A DNA stretch of 64,000 nucleotides from an uncultured Candidatus Rokubacteria bacterium (GCA_963758635.1 CAVWWD010000008.1:320001-384000), one strand, 5' to 3'. Shown: positions 1-10,295, counted from the stretch's first letter. A program made the numbers and translations. The notes: generated by a model from the letters alone, not told the origin.

Positions 1-390
1 CGCGCGTGCCCGGACGGCATCGACATCTACTTCGAGAACGTGGGCGGGCCCATGCTCGACGCGGTGCTGCGGCTGCTCAAGCCGCACGCGCGGATCCCGC
101 TCTGCGGCATGATCTCCCAGTACAACCTGGAGCTGCCCGACCCGGGCCCGCGCTTCCTCTTCTCGATGATCGGCAACCGCGCCCTCATGCAGGGCTTCAT
201 CATCTCGGACCACATGAACCGCTACCCCGAGTTCGTCGCCGAGGTGGGCGCGTGGGTCAAGGCGGGGCGGATCACGTACGAGGAGACGATCGTCGACGGC
301 CTCGACCGCGCCGTCACGGCGTTCCTCGGGCTGTTCAAGGGCGACAACACCGGGAAGATGATCGTGCGCGTCGGGCCCGATCCCGCCTGA
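1..390 (+). CDS. NADP-dependent oxidoreductase (CurA/PTGR-like MDR family), 3' part
   Basis: Frame 1 reads ACPDGIDIYFENVGG...IPLCGMISQYN...GLFKGDNTGKMIVRV, typical of the C-terminus; runs off the window start. Confidence 0.9.
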   Translation, partial: RACPDGIDIYFENVGGPMLDAVLRLLKPHARIPLCGMISQYNLELPDPGPRFLFSMIGNRALMQGFIISDHMNRYPEFVAEVGAWVKAGRITYEETIVDGLDRAVTAFLGLFKGDNTGKMIVRVGPDPA

Positions 391-490
391 CAGGTTGTGA
401 AGGAATGCTGATTCTGGAGTCGGCGAGCGGGCCAACACCGCGATTCTGCGTACACGCGGAGTGCTGTCTCGCATTCATTCACATCCCCTG
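391..490. repeat. Intergenic element with imperfect terminal inverted repeats
   Basis: tgtgaaggaatgc (396-408) matches the reverse complement of gcattcattcaca (471-483) at 12/13. Confidence 0.45.
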
Positions 491-520
491 ACCGCGGCCG
501 ACACCGGACGGAGGACTCGG

Positions 521-1315
521 ATGACTCAGGAGCTGATCGAGGTCGTGAAGGACGGGGTGGCCGTCCTCACCATGAACCGCCCGGAGCGGCTGAACGCGAT
601 GTCCGGGCCGATGCTCGACGCCATGCTCGAGGCCCTGCCGCGCCTGGCCGACGACGCCGACGTGGGCGTGGTGGTGCTCACCGGCGCCGGCCGTGGCTTC
701 TGCACCGGCGGGGACGTCAAGGCCATGGCCGAGGGGCTCGAGGCGGGGCCGGGCGAGCTCGAGGAGCGCGCGCAGTCGCTCCGCTCGCGCATGGAGGTGT
801 CGCGCTGGCTCCACGAGATGCCCAAGCCCACCATCGCCATGGTGCGCGGCGCCGCCGCGGGCGCCGGGCTCTCCCTGGCGCTGGCGTGCGACCTGCGCGT
901 GGCCGCGGACAGCGCGCGCTTCGGCACCGCGTTCGCCCGCGTCGGCTACTCCGGGGACTTCGGCGGGAGCTACTTCCTCACGCAGCTCGTGGGGACGGCG
1001 AAGGCCCGCGAGCTCTACTACACCGCGGACCTGCTGGACGCGCCCCAGGCCTTGGCCCTCGGCCTCGTGAACCGCGTGGTGCCGGACGCGCGGCTCGAGG
1101 AGGAGACCATGGCCCTGGCCTCCCGCATCGCGCGCGGGCCGCGGGTCGCCCTGCGCTACATGAAGCGCAACATGAACGCGGCCGAGACGGGCACGCTCAA
1201 GGACGTGCTCGACCTGGAGGCCTGGCACCACACGCGCACCGGCTTCACCGAGGACCATCGCGAGGCGGCCAAGGCCTTCGTGGCCAAGCGCGAGCCCGTC
1301 TTCCGCGGCCGGTAG
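521..1315 (+). CDS. Enoyl-CoA hydratase/isomerase
   Basis: MNRPERLNAM, GRGFCTGGDV, AGAGLSLALACDLR motifs; GGAGG upstream of ATG 521. Confidence 0.92.
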   Translation: MTQELIEVVKDGVAVLTMNRPERLNAMSGPMLDAMLEALPRLADDADVGVVVLTGAGRGFCTGGDVKAMAEGLEAGPGELEERAQSLRSRMEVSRWLHEMPKPTIAMVRGAAAGAGLSLALACDLRVAADSARFGTAFARVGYSGDFGGSYFLTQLVGTAKARELYYTADLLDAPQALALGLVNRVVPDARLEEETMALASRIARGPRVALRYMKRNMNAAETGTLKDVLDLEAWHHTRTGFTEDHREAAKAFVAKREPVFRGR

Positions 1316-1405
1316 ATCATCCGGAGAGGGCAGAGCTCCTTCTCTGCCACCGTCCAGCGCTTTACCTGAAAGTTTTGCGAATTGGACGATGACAACTCTC
1401 GCTCT

Positions 1406-1421
1406 CGGCACGCTGCATGCT
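1406..1421 (+). promoter_or_regulatory. Putative sigma-54 (-24/-12) promoter
   Basis: CGGCACGCTGCATGCT fits TGGCACG-N4-TTGC spacing; lies upstream of the FAD oxidoreductase. Confidence 0.45.
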
Positions 1422-1573
1422 TGGCATCAAGAGGATATGAGTCGATGGCAGGCTCGCAGCGGCTCGCCGAGATTCGATTTCGGGACGTCCTTCGAGGTAA
1501 ACGCAAGCAGCGAAATCGACCTGCGTCGTTGGCTTCCGCGGCAGACGGAGGAAAACCAGATGGAGGTGGAGGG

Positions 1574-2918
1574 ATGACCACCGTCGAGCACTTGAAAGCT
1601 GGGCTACGTGGCCAGCTGCTACGTCCGGGCGATGACGGCTACGACGGGGCCCGCAAGCTCTGGAACGGGATGTTCGACCGACGGCCGGCGCTCATCGCCC
1701 GCTGTGCCGGCGCATCCGACGTCATGCGCGCCGTGAACTTCGGCCGGGACAATCGATTGCCACTCGCCGTGCGCGGCGGAGGCCATAGTTTTCCTGGACA
1801 CTCGGTCTGCGACGGTGGCCTCGTCATCGACCTCTCCGCCATGAAGGCCATCCGTGTCGACCTTGGAGCCCGCAGTGCGCGGGCTCAGCCCGGAGTCAGG
1901 TGGATCGAGTTCGACCACGAGACCCAGGCCTTCGGGCTCGCCACTACTGGCGGCATCGCTTCCGATACCGGCATCGACGGGCTCACCCTCGGCGGCGGCC
2001 TCGGGTGGCTGTCCAGCAAATGTGGATTGACCGTGGACAATCTCATCTCGGCCGACGTGGTAACGGCGGATGGCCGGATGCTGACGGCCAGCGGTACGGA
2101 GAACCAGGACCTCTTCTGGGGTCTGCGGGGCGGCAGCGGCAACTTCGGCGTCGTCACTTCCTTCGAATATCAGCTCCACGTCGTCGGCCCGGCGATTCTG
2201 GGAGGGATGGTGGCCTATCCGCTGGGCCGCGCCAAGGAGGTGCTGCGCTTCTACCGCGAGTTCACAAAGACCGCCCCCGACGACTTGACCACCTATGCCG
2301 CCTTCATCAATCCGCCAGGCGGCGAGACCGTGGTGGCCTTGATCTGCTGCTACTGTGGGCCCCTGGACAAGGGGGAGCAGGTCGTCCGTCCTCTCAGGTC
2401 CCTGGGGTCGGCGGCGCAGGACCTGCTGGGCCCGATGCCCTACGTGGCCCAGCAACGTCTCTTCGATGACGGCTTTCCGGCCGGCTCCCATTACTACACC
2501 AAGGGGGGCTCGTTGGCCGATCTCCCCGACGAAGCCATCGAGATCTTCGCGGAGTACGCGGCGACCAAGCCCTCCCCGCAGTCGGGAGTGCTTGTGCAGA
2601 CCGTCCATGGTGCGGCCAGCCGGGTGGCTTCCGACGCAATGGCCTTCCCTCATCGAAGATTGCCGTACGCGCCCGTCATCGTCTCTCAATGGCTCGACGC
2701 CGCGGAGTCCGAGAAGAACGTCGCCTGGGCTCGCGACTTCTGGAAGGCGCTGCAGCCGTTCGCCGGGGGCGTCTATGTGAACGACCTGAGCCACGACGAC
2801 GCCGACCGGGTGCGCACATCGTACGGGGCGAGCTATGAGCGCCTGACGGCGCTGAAGAAGACGTACGACCCAGACAACCTCTTCCAGGCTGAACCCGAAT
2901 ATCACCCCGGCGGGGTGA
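1574..2918 (+). CDS. FAD-binding oxidoreductase (berberine-bridge/VAO family); one indel near 2884
   Basis: RPALIARC, VRGGGHS (covalent-FAD His), GLRGGSGNFGVVT, KKTYDPDNLF-RLNPNI once the frame is corrected. Confidence 0.9.
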
Positions 2919-4275
2919 GCGGCTCAGGGCGACCGGGCGCGCCTTCCTTCCGGGCCGCATACAGACCCCACACGCCCGGCACGCCCTTGAGGTCGTGCGA
3001 GCCGCGGTCGGCAAAGGTCAGCTCCGATCCGACCATGAGGTCCCGGACGGTCTGGGAGACGAGCACCTCTGACGGAGCGGCCAGTGCCGCCACGCGGGCG
3101 CCGATGTTCACGGCGAGTCCCCCGATCTTGTCCCCCACTCGCTCCACCTCGCCGGTATGCAGCCCGGCGCGGACCTCGATCCCGAGCGGCCGGACGGCGT
3201 CGGTGATCGCCATGGCACAGCGGACGGCGCGGGCCGGCCCGTCGAACGAGGCGAAGAAGCCATCGCCCGCCGTATCGATCTCGACTCCCCGGTACCGGGC
3301 GAGCAGCCTACGTACCGTCGCGTGGTGCCGCAACACCACGTCACGCCAGCGACGGTCGCCCTGCTCGGCGGCGCGCCGCGTCGACTCGACGATGTCGGTG
3401 AAGAGCACCGTCGCCAGGATGCGGTCGAACGACGCTTCCTCCTTCCCGACCTCGGCGAGGAATCGCCGCACCTCGGCGACGATCGCGTCGCCGCGCGAGT
3501 ACCAGTGGAAGTGAGGACCGCCGCGGCTCGAATGCTGGACGACGCGGGCGCCCGGGATCTTGCCGGCCACGAAGTGCCCCGTCTCGGGAAGCACCTCGTA
3601 GAAACGATCGCTGTCGACGAGCACGAGCGTCGGGACCTGGATCGTGGGGAGCACGGCGCGGATGTCCGTGTGCAGGTAGCGGGTGAGCTCGGCGGCCAGC
3701 CCACCGGGCGTGACCGAGCTCCGGGCGTAGCGGGCGAACCACTCGCGTTCCGGGCCGGCGGGGACATTCCCACCAGTCAAGCGTGCCCCACGTGTCGCGC
3801 ACGGCCCGGATCTGCTCTTCCCAGCGCGCCAACGAAGGCATCCAGGGCATCTCCTCCGTCGGCAGGTACGTCACCTGGGGGTCGACGAGGATGAGGGATC
3901 TCGTGCGGTCTGGATAGGTAGCCGCGAAGAGCGACGCCACGATCGTCGATTCGTACGTCGCCATGATCGAGGCGCGCTCGGATCGCGCCGCTTTCAGCAC
4001 CGCGAGGAACATCGTCCGTGAGAGTGTCGAACGTCCGGGACGGACCCGGGTGTGAACCGCTCGGAGCAGCCCCAGCCGCGGCGGTCAGTCACGATCAGAC
4101 GGGTGTGATTGGCCAGACCGCGCAAGAAGCGGGAGAGCGAAGGACTCTCCCAGTTGACGTCGACATTGGAGCAGTAGCCCTGGAGATAGATGAGATCTGC
4201 CGGACCCTCTCCGCACACTTGGTAGGCGAGCGAGACGTCGCCGTTCCATGCGAACCGAGTATCCGGCCGGTCCAT
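2902..4275 (-). CDS. Alpha/beta hydrolase - adenylate/guanylate cyclase fusion (LipJ-like); frameshifts near 4015 and 3770
   Basis: N-terminal DVSLAYQV..GP.DL, DRRGWGCS; C-terminal LATVLFTDIVEST, TAGDGFFASF, RAGLHTGEVE, AVNIGARV. Confidence 0.85.
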
Positions 4276-4444
4276 GCCCTCTATGGTATCGTGCAGCGGC
4301 AAAGCCACCGCAAACCGCTCGCCGGCCCCCCGCCGGCACTCTTCTGGGAGGCGCTCTCCTGGGAGCACCATGCTGCTGTGGCGTCGGCTCCTGGGGGGTT
4401 CCCGAGGCGGTAGCGCCTCCCGATCCCACACGCCGACGGTCCGA

Positions 4445-5206
4445 TCAGAACGCGCCGTGGCGGCCGGCGCCGGCGGCGAAGCGGGCCGCGCCCTCGCGGC
4501 TCTCGCCCGAGTCGCGCGTGGCGATCCCCAGCTCGTACTCCCGCCGCAGCGCCTCGCCGATCGGCAGCCCCTCGGTCTCGTGCATCGATCGCCGGTCGCT
4601 CCGCACCGCGCGGGGCGGGAAGCCCGCGATCAGCGCGGCGAGCGCCTCGGCTTCTTCCCGCGCCCGCCCCGCCGGGACGACGCGGTTGGCGAGGCCGATG
4701 CGTTCGGCCTCGCGCGCGTCCACGGGCCGGCCGGTGAGGACCATGTCCAGCGCGCGGCTCATCCCGATGAGCCGCCCGAGCCGGACGGTGCCGCCGTCGA
4801 GGAGCGGCACGCCCCAGCGCCGGTTGAACACGCCGAACACCGCGGTCTCCTCCGCCACCCGCAGGTCGCACCAGATCGCCAGCTCGAGGCCGCCCGCCAC
4901 CGCGTAGCCCGCCACCGCGGCGATGACGGGCTTCGCGAGCAGCATGCGCGTGGGGCCCATGGGACCGTCGCCGTCGGGCGCGACCCGGAGGCCGGTGCCG
5001 GTGCCGAACGACTTGAGGTCCGCGCCCGCGCAGAACACGCCGTGCGCGCCCCACAGCACGGCGACGCGCGCCGCGTCGTCGGCCTCGAAGGCGCGGAAGG
5101 CGTCGGCGAGGCCGCGCGCCGTCTCGCCGTCGACCGCGTTCCTGTGCGTGGGCCGGTCCATGATCACGGTGGTCACCGCGCCGCTCTTCTCCACGCGAAT
5201 CGCCAT
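4445..5206 (-). CDS. Enoyl-CoA hydratase/isomerase
   Basis: FCAGADLK, AVAGGLELAIWCDLRVAE, RRWGVPLLDGGTVRL. Confidence 0.92.
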   Translation of the reverse strand: MAIRVEKSGAVTTVIMDRPTHRNAVDGETARGLADAFRAFEADDAARVAVLWGAHGVFCAGADLKSFGTGTGLRVAPDGDGPMGPTRMLLAKPVIAAVAGYAVAGGLELAIWCDLRVAEETAVFGVFNRRWGVPLLDGGTVRLGRLIGMSRALDMVLTGRPVDAREAERIGLANRVVPAGRAREEAEALAALIAGFPPRAVRSDRRSMHETEGLPIGEALRREYELGIATRDSGESREGAARFAAGAGRHGAF

Positions 5207-5846
5207 GGCTCCTGGATGCCCTCCTGCTCCGTGTGGCGGTCCTCGGGCGCCGCTCGGCCCCCGCTGCATCCGGAGGCTGGGATGACGGAACTGGAGGTTA
5301 TCACCGGCGCCGAACACGGCTCAATTCAGCGGCGGGCGGCGCGGTGCCGAAGGCGGTTGCGCGGCCGGCGCGGCGGACACGGCCGCGCCACGCCTGCCAC
5401 AGCGCTTCCGCCAGGAGCATGACGAGCGACGGAGCCCACTGGACGGGGACAGGGGATCCCGGCGGCAGGCGCTGCTCGAACCTGAAGTACAGGTTCAGAT
5501 CGAACGGAGCGAATCCTTGCTGCCGCGCCATCTCATCGATAGCGATCTCGAGGCGGTGCCCGCGCCTCTCGAGGTGGCGCGCGTGCACGTGGCCGCCGCG
5601 CGGCTGGCGATGGTTCGCGACGATCGGGCGACGGTCGAGGCGCAGCTCGACCTGGCGCGCGACCGCTGCGCGAGTCTTCCACTCCGGCTCGACCGGCTCG
5701 CATCGCTACGCACGGGACGCGCGGCCGCCATCTGACTGCTCGCGCCGATCCAGGTCACGGTGCAGACGGAGAGAGGTCGCGGCCCCGGATCGGCCCCGCC
5801 CGCCACGCCCTCGCTCGATCGGTTAGAATCTGTCCGCGTCGCGCTC

Positions 5847-5924
5847 GTGAGCCTCGCGCAATAGACCAATGCCGAGCGGTGGGACTGTAGAGGCCCGTGG
5901 CGGTTACCGCATTCTGCGAGGGTC
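5847..5924 (+). repeat. 78-bp dispersed repeat, copy 1
   Basis: Matches the reverse complement of 62402-62479 at 74/78. Confidence 0.9.
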
Positions 5925-5973
5925 GCTAGCCGCGCGGCGCGGGCGCAGGACGAGACCGGAGGACAACCGAGGC

Positions 5974-7911
5974 ATGGACGACGAGATCATCTGGCGGCCC
6001 GACCCCGAGACGGCGAAGCGGACCCGCATCGCCCGGTTCATGGCGCAGCACGGCCTGTCCTCGCTGGAGGCGCTCCAGCGCCGCTCGGTCGAGGACCTCG
6101 AGTGGTACTGGGACGCCGTGTCGAAGGACCTGGGCTGGGCGTGGTCCACGCCGTACCGGAGAGTCGCCGACCTCTCCCGCGGGATCCAGTGGCCCGCGTG
6201 GTTCCCGGGCGGGCGCATGAACCTCGCCGCGAACTGCATCGACCGGCACCTCGGCGGAGAGCGGCGCGACCAGCCCGCCCTGATCTCCGAGGCGGAGGAC
6301 GGCGAGGTCCGCACGCTGACCTACGCCGAGCTGGGCCGCGAGGTGGCGCGGCTGGCCAACGCGCTGACGCGCCTCGGCGTGCGCGCGGGCGACACCGTCG
6401 GCATCTTCCTGCCGATGTGCCAGGAGGCCGCGGTGGCCGTCCTCGCCGTGTCGCGCATCGGCGCGGTCTACACGCCGTGCTTCTCCGGCTACGGCGCCCA
6501 GGCGGTGGCCACGCGCCTGGCCGGCTGCGACGCCAAGGTGCTGATCACCGCGGATGCCTTCGCGCGCCGGGGCAACGCGATCCCGCTCAAGCAGACCGCG
6601 GACGAGGCGGTGGCGGAAGCGCCGAGCATCGAGCGCGTGATCGTCCACCGCCGGACGGGTGCGCCGGTGCCGTGGACGCCCGGGCGCGACCTCTGGTGGC
6701 ACGACGTGGTGGCCGCGGAGAGCGATCGCTCGGACGCGGTGGCGGTGGAGGCCGACCATCCGGCGCTGATCATCTACACCTCCGGCACCACCGGCCGCCC
6801 CAAGGGCACGGTCCTCACCCAGGGCGGCTTCGGGATGAAGAACGCGCACGACTGGGCGTACCTCTTCGACATGACGCCGGGCAGCCGCATGTTCTGGGTG
6901 ACCGACCTCGGCTGGCTCATGGGCCCGATGCTGATCACGGGCACGCTCCTGATCGGCGGCACCGTGGTGCTCTTCGAGGGCACGCCGGACTATCCCAAGC
7001 CCGACCGGCTCTGGGCCCTCTGCGCGCGCCACCGGGTGACGCACCTCGGCATCTCGCCCACCGCGGTGCGCGCGCTCATGCCCTACGGCCCGGACTGGAT
7101 CGCCGCGCACGACCTGTCGAGCCTGCGCATCATCGGGTCGACCGGCGAGCCCTGGAACCCCGAGCCCTACCGCTGGCTCTTCGAGCACGTGGGCAAGCGC
7201 CGCGTGCCGATCATCAACTACACGGGCGGCACGGAGATCTCGGGCGGCATCCTGGCGTGCTTCCCCATCGCGCCGATCAAGCCGTGCTCGTTCGCCGGCC
7301 CCATCCCCGGCATGGCCGCCGAGGTGTACGGGGACGACGGCGCCCCGGTGCGCGAGGAGGTGGGCGAGCTGGTCGTGACGCGGCCGTGGCCCGGCATGAC
7401 CCACGGCTTCTGGCGCGATCCCGACCGCTATCTCGAGACGTACTGGTCGCGCTGGCCGGACGTGTGGGTGCACGGGGACTGGGCCTACGTCGACCGTGAC
7501 GGGTTCTGGTTCATCCACGGCCGCTCCGACGACACGCTGAAGATCGCCGGGAAGCGCGTGGGGCCGGCAGAGGTGGAGTCGGTGCTCGTCGGTCATCCCG
7601 CGGTGAACGAGGCGGCGGCCATCGGCGTGCCGCACGACGTGAAGGGCGAGAGCGTGGTGTGCTTCGCGGTGCTCCGCCCCGACCAGTCGGCCAGCGACGC
7701 GCTCCGCGCTGAGCTCGTCGACCGCGTCACGCATCACATGGGCCGAGCGATCCGGCCCGAGCGCGTGCTGTTCACCCGGGAGCTGCCGAAGACGCGTAGC
7801 GCCAAGATCATGCGCCGGGTGATCCGCGCGACCTACCTGGGGAAGGATCCGGGCGACCTCTCGTCGCTGGAGAATCCCGCCGCGGTGGCCGCCGTCCGCG
7901 AGGCCACGTAG
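5974..7911 (+). CDS. Acetyl-CoA synthetase-like AMP-binding enzyme
   Basis: IYTSGTTGRPKG, STGEPWN, GRSDDTLKIAGKR, LPKTRSAKIMRR. Confidence 0.92.
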   Translation: MDDEIIWRPDPETAKRTRIARFMAQHGLSSLEALQRRSVEDLEWYWDAVSKDLGWAWSTPYRRVADLSRGIQWPAWFPGGRMNLAANCIDRHLGGERRDQPALISEAEDGEVRTLTYAELGREVARLANALTRLGVRAGDTVGIFLPMCQEAAVAVLAVSRIGAVYTPCFSGYGAQAVATRLAGCDAKVLITADAFARRGNAIPLKQTADEAVAEAPSIERVIVHRRTGAPVPWTPGRDLWWHDVVAAESDRSDAVAVEADHPALIIYTSGTTGRPKGTVLTQGGFGMKNAHDWAYLFDMTPGSRMFWVTDLGWLMGPMLITGTLLIGGTVVLFEGTPDYPKPDRLWALCARHRVTHLGISPTAVRALMPYGPDWIAAHDLSSLRIIGSTGEPWNPEPYRWLFEHVGKRRVPIINYTGGTEISGGILACFPIAPIKPCSFAGPIPGMAAEVYGDDGAPVREEVGELVVTRPWPGMTHGFWRDPDRYLETYWSRWPDVWVHGDWAYVDRDGFWFIHGRSDDTLKIAGKRVGPAEVESVLVGHPAVNEAAAIGVPHDVKGESVVCFAVLRPDQSASDALRAELVDRVTHHMGRAIRPERVLFTRELPKTRSAKIMRRVIRATYLGKDPGDLSSLENPAAVAAVREAT

Positions 7912-7950
7912 CGGCCTCCGGACGCCGGACGCGCGACCGCCGAGGCTCAC

Positions 7951-8583
7951 GTGGCGTACCAGTGCTTCCAGTGCGACAAGGAAGTGCTCGCGGGCGGCAA
8001 GTTCTGCCACCACTGCGGCGCGCCCACCTACGCGGCCGAGCAGGCGCTCGGCGTCGCGGCCCGCGCCGGCTCCGAGGCGCGCGAGCGCATCAAGCAGGAC
8101 GTGCACGCGGCGGCGCGCATCCCGCATGCCACGCTCATGCTCCAGACGGTGCTCCAGCCCGCGCCGCGTCCGCGGCCGGAGCCGCTCGTGCCGCCCTTCT
8201 GGCGGCGGGTCGCGGGCGCATGGATCTGGCGGCGCTGGTGGTTCTGGCTGGCCGTGGGCGTCGTCCTCCTCGTCACCACTTCGGTGATGGTGACCGAGGA
8301 CATCCTCGACAAGGCCGCGCAGCAGGGCAGCGTGCAGAAGATCGTGACGCGTGTCGCCGCCAGGTGCTTCGCGGACTCGCCGCAACGGATCGAGGGGTAC
8401 GTGGCGCGCATCCACGCGGCGTCGGGCGGCGCCGACTCGCTCCTGGACAGCGCGACCCTGTTCGAGTACGTGCTCCGCGGCGTCACGTTGACGGACGGCA
8501 ACTGCTCGAAGGTCGCCGATCTGCTGGCGCGGCCCGATCGCTTCGAGCGCCTGTTCCGGGATCCCGCCGCATCCTCGCGCTGA
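7951..8583 (+). CDS. Hypothetical zinc-ribbon membrane protein
   Basis: CFQC...CHHC at the N-terminus; one transmembrane segment (WWFWLAVGVVLLVTT). Confidence 0.7.
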   Translation: MAYQCFQCDKEVLAGGKFCHHCGAPTYAAEQALGVAARAGSEARERIKQDVHAAARIPHATLMLQTVLQPAPRPRPEPLVPPFWRRVAGAWIWRRWWFWLAVGVVLLVTTSVMVTEDILDKAAQQGSVQKIVTRVAARCFADSPQRIEGYVARIHAASGGADSLLDSATLFEYVLRGVTLTDGNCSKVADLLARPDRFERLFRDPAASSR

Positions 8584-8635
8584 GGGAGACGGCTGAAATC
8601 CGCGTTCGTTCACAACCGTTCAGGGAGGCGTGACC

Positions 8636-8983
8636 ATGGCCCGTGTCGACTGGAGCTACCACCGGCCCGGCTGACAGACCTGCGCCAAGACGCAAGGGTT
8701 CCTTGCGCGAAAGCGGGTCGAGACGGCGAGCGAGGTGAACGCGAAGAAGGCGCCGATCGCCGGCGTAGCCGCGCTCGGCGTGCTCCGCGACGTGGACCAT
8801 CTCTACGTCACGAAGGGCAAGAAGGTGATCCGCGTGGACCTCTCCGGCGCCCGGCCGCCGAAGGCCGAGCTGCTGGGCCTCCTTCTCGGCCCGAGCGGCA
8901 ACCTGCGCGCCCCCACCATCCGGCGCGGGCGCACGCTCGTCGTGGGCTTCGACGAGGACACCTACGCCGCGGTCCTGAAGTAG
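8636..8983 (+). CDS. ArsC-like selenoprotein (UxxC); in-frame TGA at 8672-8674
   Basis: MARVDWSYHRPG-U-QTC continues in frame into ORF 8735-8983 ending GPSGNLRAPT..G.TLVVGFDE; GGGAGG RBS; SECIS-like hairpin follows the TGA. Confidence 0.88.
8691..8707 (+). promoter_or_regulatory. Putative bacterial SECIS element
   Basis: CGCAAGG-GTT-CCTTGCG perfect 7-bp stem; loop begins with G, 23 nt after the UGA. Confidence 0.7.
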
Positions 8984-9005
8984 CGCGGCCTGCCGCCGCC
9001 GGCCG

Positions 9006-9073
9006 AGCCGGGTCAGGCCGCCAGCCGGGTCAGGCCGCCAGCCGGGTCAGGAGGCGTGGCGGGTCAGGACGCC
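9006..9073. repeat. 17-bp tandem repeat, 4 copies (2 exact, 2 degenerate)
   Basis: agccgggtcaggccgcc x2, then agccgggtcaggaggcg and tggcgggtcaggacgcc. Confidence 0.8.
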
Positions 9074-9471
9074 CGGCCGGGCCAGAGAAGGCTGGCCCCC
9101 GCGCCGCCGCCCTTGAGCCACTCGAAGTAGTGGACGCGCGCGCGGTACGTGGCGCCCGCGGTGCCCGGCGGGACCTCGAAGTAGATGCGGCCGTATGGTG
9201 GAATCGTCCCGTCGACGTGGACGAGCGATCGCCCGACCACCTGGCCCCCGGCGTCGAGGCTCTCCACGGCGAGCTGGATGCGGCCGGCCGCGTTGCCGTA
9301 GTCGTTGTAGACGTAGCCGCTCACGATCGGGCGGCCTCCGCGTCCCTGGCCACCGGTCGCCTCCACCCTGAAGAATCGCTCCGGGGCGGCGGACCCGAAT
9401 CCCTGGGCCCAGGCTGCGCCTACTCCAAGTCCGAGCGCCAGCGCCACCATCGCCACGCGGATCATTGGCAT
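9064..9471 (-). CDS. Secreted hypothetical protein (FxLYD-like beta-sandwich)
   Basis: Signal peptide ending AWA-Q; SGYVYNDYG...LDAGGQVVG...IPPYGRIYFEV pattern. Confidence 0.7.
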   Translation of the reverse strand: MPMIRVAMVALALGLGVGAAWAQGFGSAAPERFFRVEATGGQGRGGRPIVSGYVYNDYGNAAGRIQLAVESLDAGGQVVGRSLVHVDGTIPPYGRIYFEVPPGTAGATYRARVHYFEWLKGGGAGASLLWPGRAS

Positions 9472-9577
9472 ACCGCCCTCCTCGCAAGATGAGTCCTATC
9501 GAATAAGACACGCGGGACAGCGCGGCGGTTCCCCGCCGGCGCCCGGACCGACCGACGGGCCGCCCGGCGTCGGGGAG

Positions 9578-10186
9578 CTACCCGATGGAGGGGCGGGTCA
9601 GCGCGGAGCGAGGCGTCACGCGGCTCGCGATCCGGCGCGCGTGACGGACGATCTCGAGCAGGTCGTCGAGCATGGCCAGGTACGCGCTCGACGCGCGCGG
9701 CGAGCAGACGCCGTCGATGAGGCGCCGCTCGTGCGCCCGGACGAAGCCCGCGGCCTGATCCTCGAAGCGCATGCTCTCGATCTCGATGTGCCGGGCCAGG
9801 ACGCGGTTGCCGGTCAGAACGAGGTCGCCGGCGCACTGCGTGAGCTCGATGGCCCGCTCGAATAGCTCGTTCACCTCTCGCGTGCCGCCCTCGGTGAACG
9901 TGGCGCTCTCGTCCTCCATGCCGCGGAGGCAGCGCACGAGGCCCTCGGCGGCGTTGCCGATCCGCTCGAAGTGCCCGGGCACGAACGGTGGGGTGCCGGA
10001 GTCCGGGGGCGAGGCCAGCAGGCCTTCGGTGAGCTCCTTCTCGCGCTTGTGGATGGTCCGGCCGAGGCGCTCCGCCCGGTCGAGCCCGGCCGGATCGTGA
10101 CGCTGGAAGCTCCGCCAGGCCAGCGAGAGCATCTCGAGGGCGTCTTCGAACAGCGGCCGGAGGACGTCGGGGGAAACGCCAGCCAT
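9578..10186 (-). CDS. PhoU-domain protein
   Basis: Helical repeats; HFERIGNAAE; HERRLIDGVCSPRASSAYLAMLD resembles the PhoU domains of Na/Pi cotransporters. Confidence 0.7.
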   Translation of the reverse strand: MAGVSPDVLRPLFEDALEMLSLAWRSFQRHDPAGLDRAERLGRTIHKREKELTEGLLASPPDSGTPPFVPGHFERIGNAAEGLVRCLRGMEDESATFTEGGTREVNELFERAIELTQCAGDLVLTGNRVLARHIEIESMRFEDQAAGFVRAHERRLIDGVCSPRASSAYLAMLDDLLEIVRHARRIASRVTPRSALTRPSIG

Positions 10187-10265
10187 GCCGGACCTCCTGG
10201 ACGGTTGCCGGAGATGGTAGCGCCGGCCACTCCGGGCTTCAAGCGGCCGGCCCTCGGGGCGCCCG

Positions 10266-10295
10266 TTGACGCGTGCCGCTGCCTTCGTTTAGCAT
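10266..10295 (+). promoter_or_regulatory. Sigma-70 promoter of fbp (leaderless)
   Basis: TTGACG-18 nt-TAGCAT, 6 nt before ATG 10302; no SD sequence. Confidence 0.55.

Noticed and set aside
5290..5800. Possible ORFs on both strands
   Set aside because: No recognisable motif or clear start; cannot decide between them, possibly a remnant
5926..8613. Long antisense ORFs (also 20983-23013, 61226-63805 and others)
   Set aside because: Shadow ORFs of high-GC genes on the opposite strand
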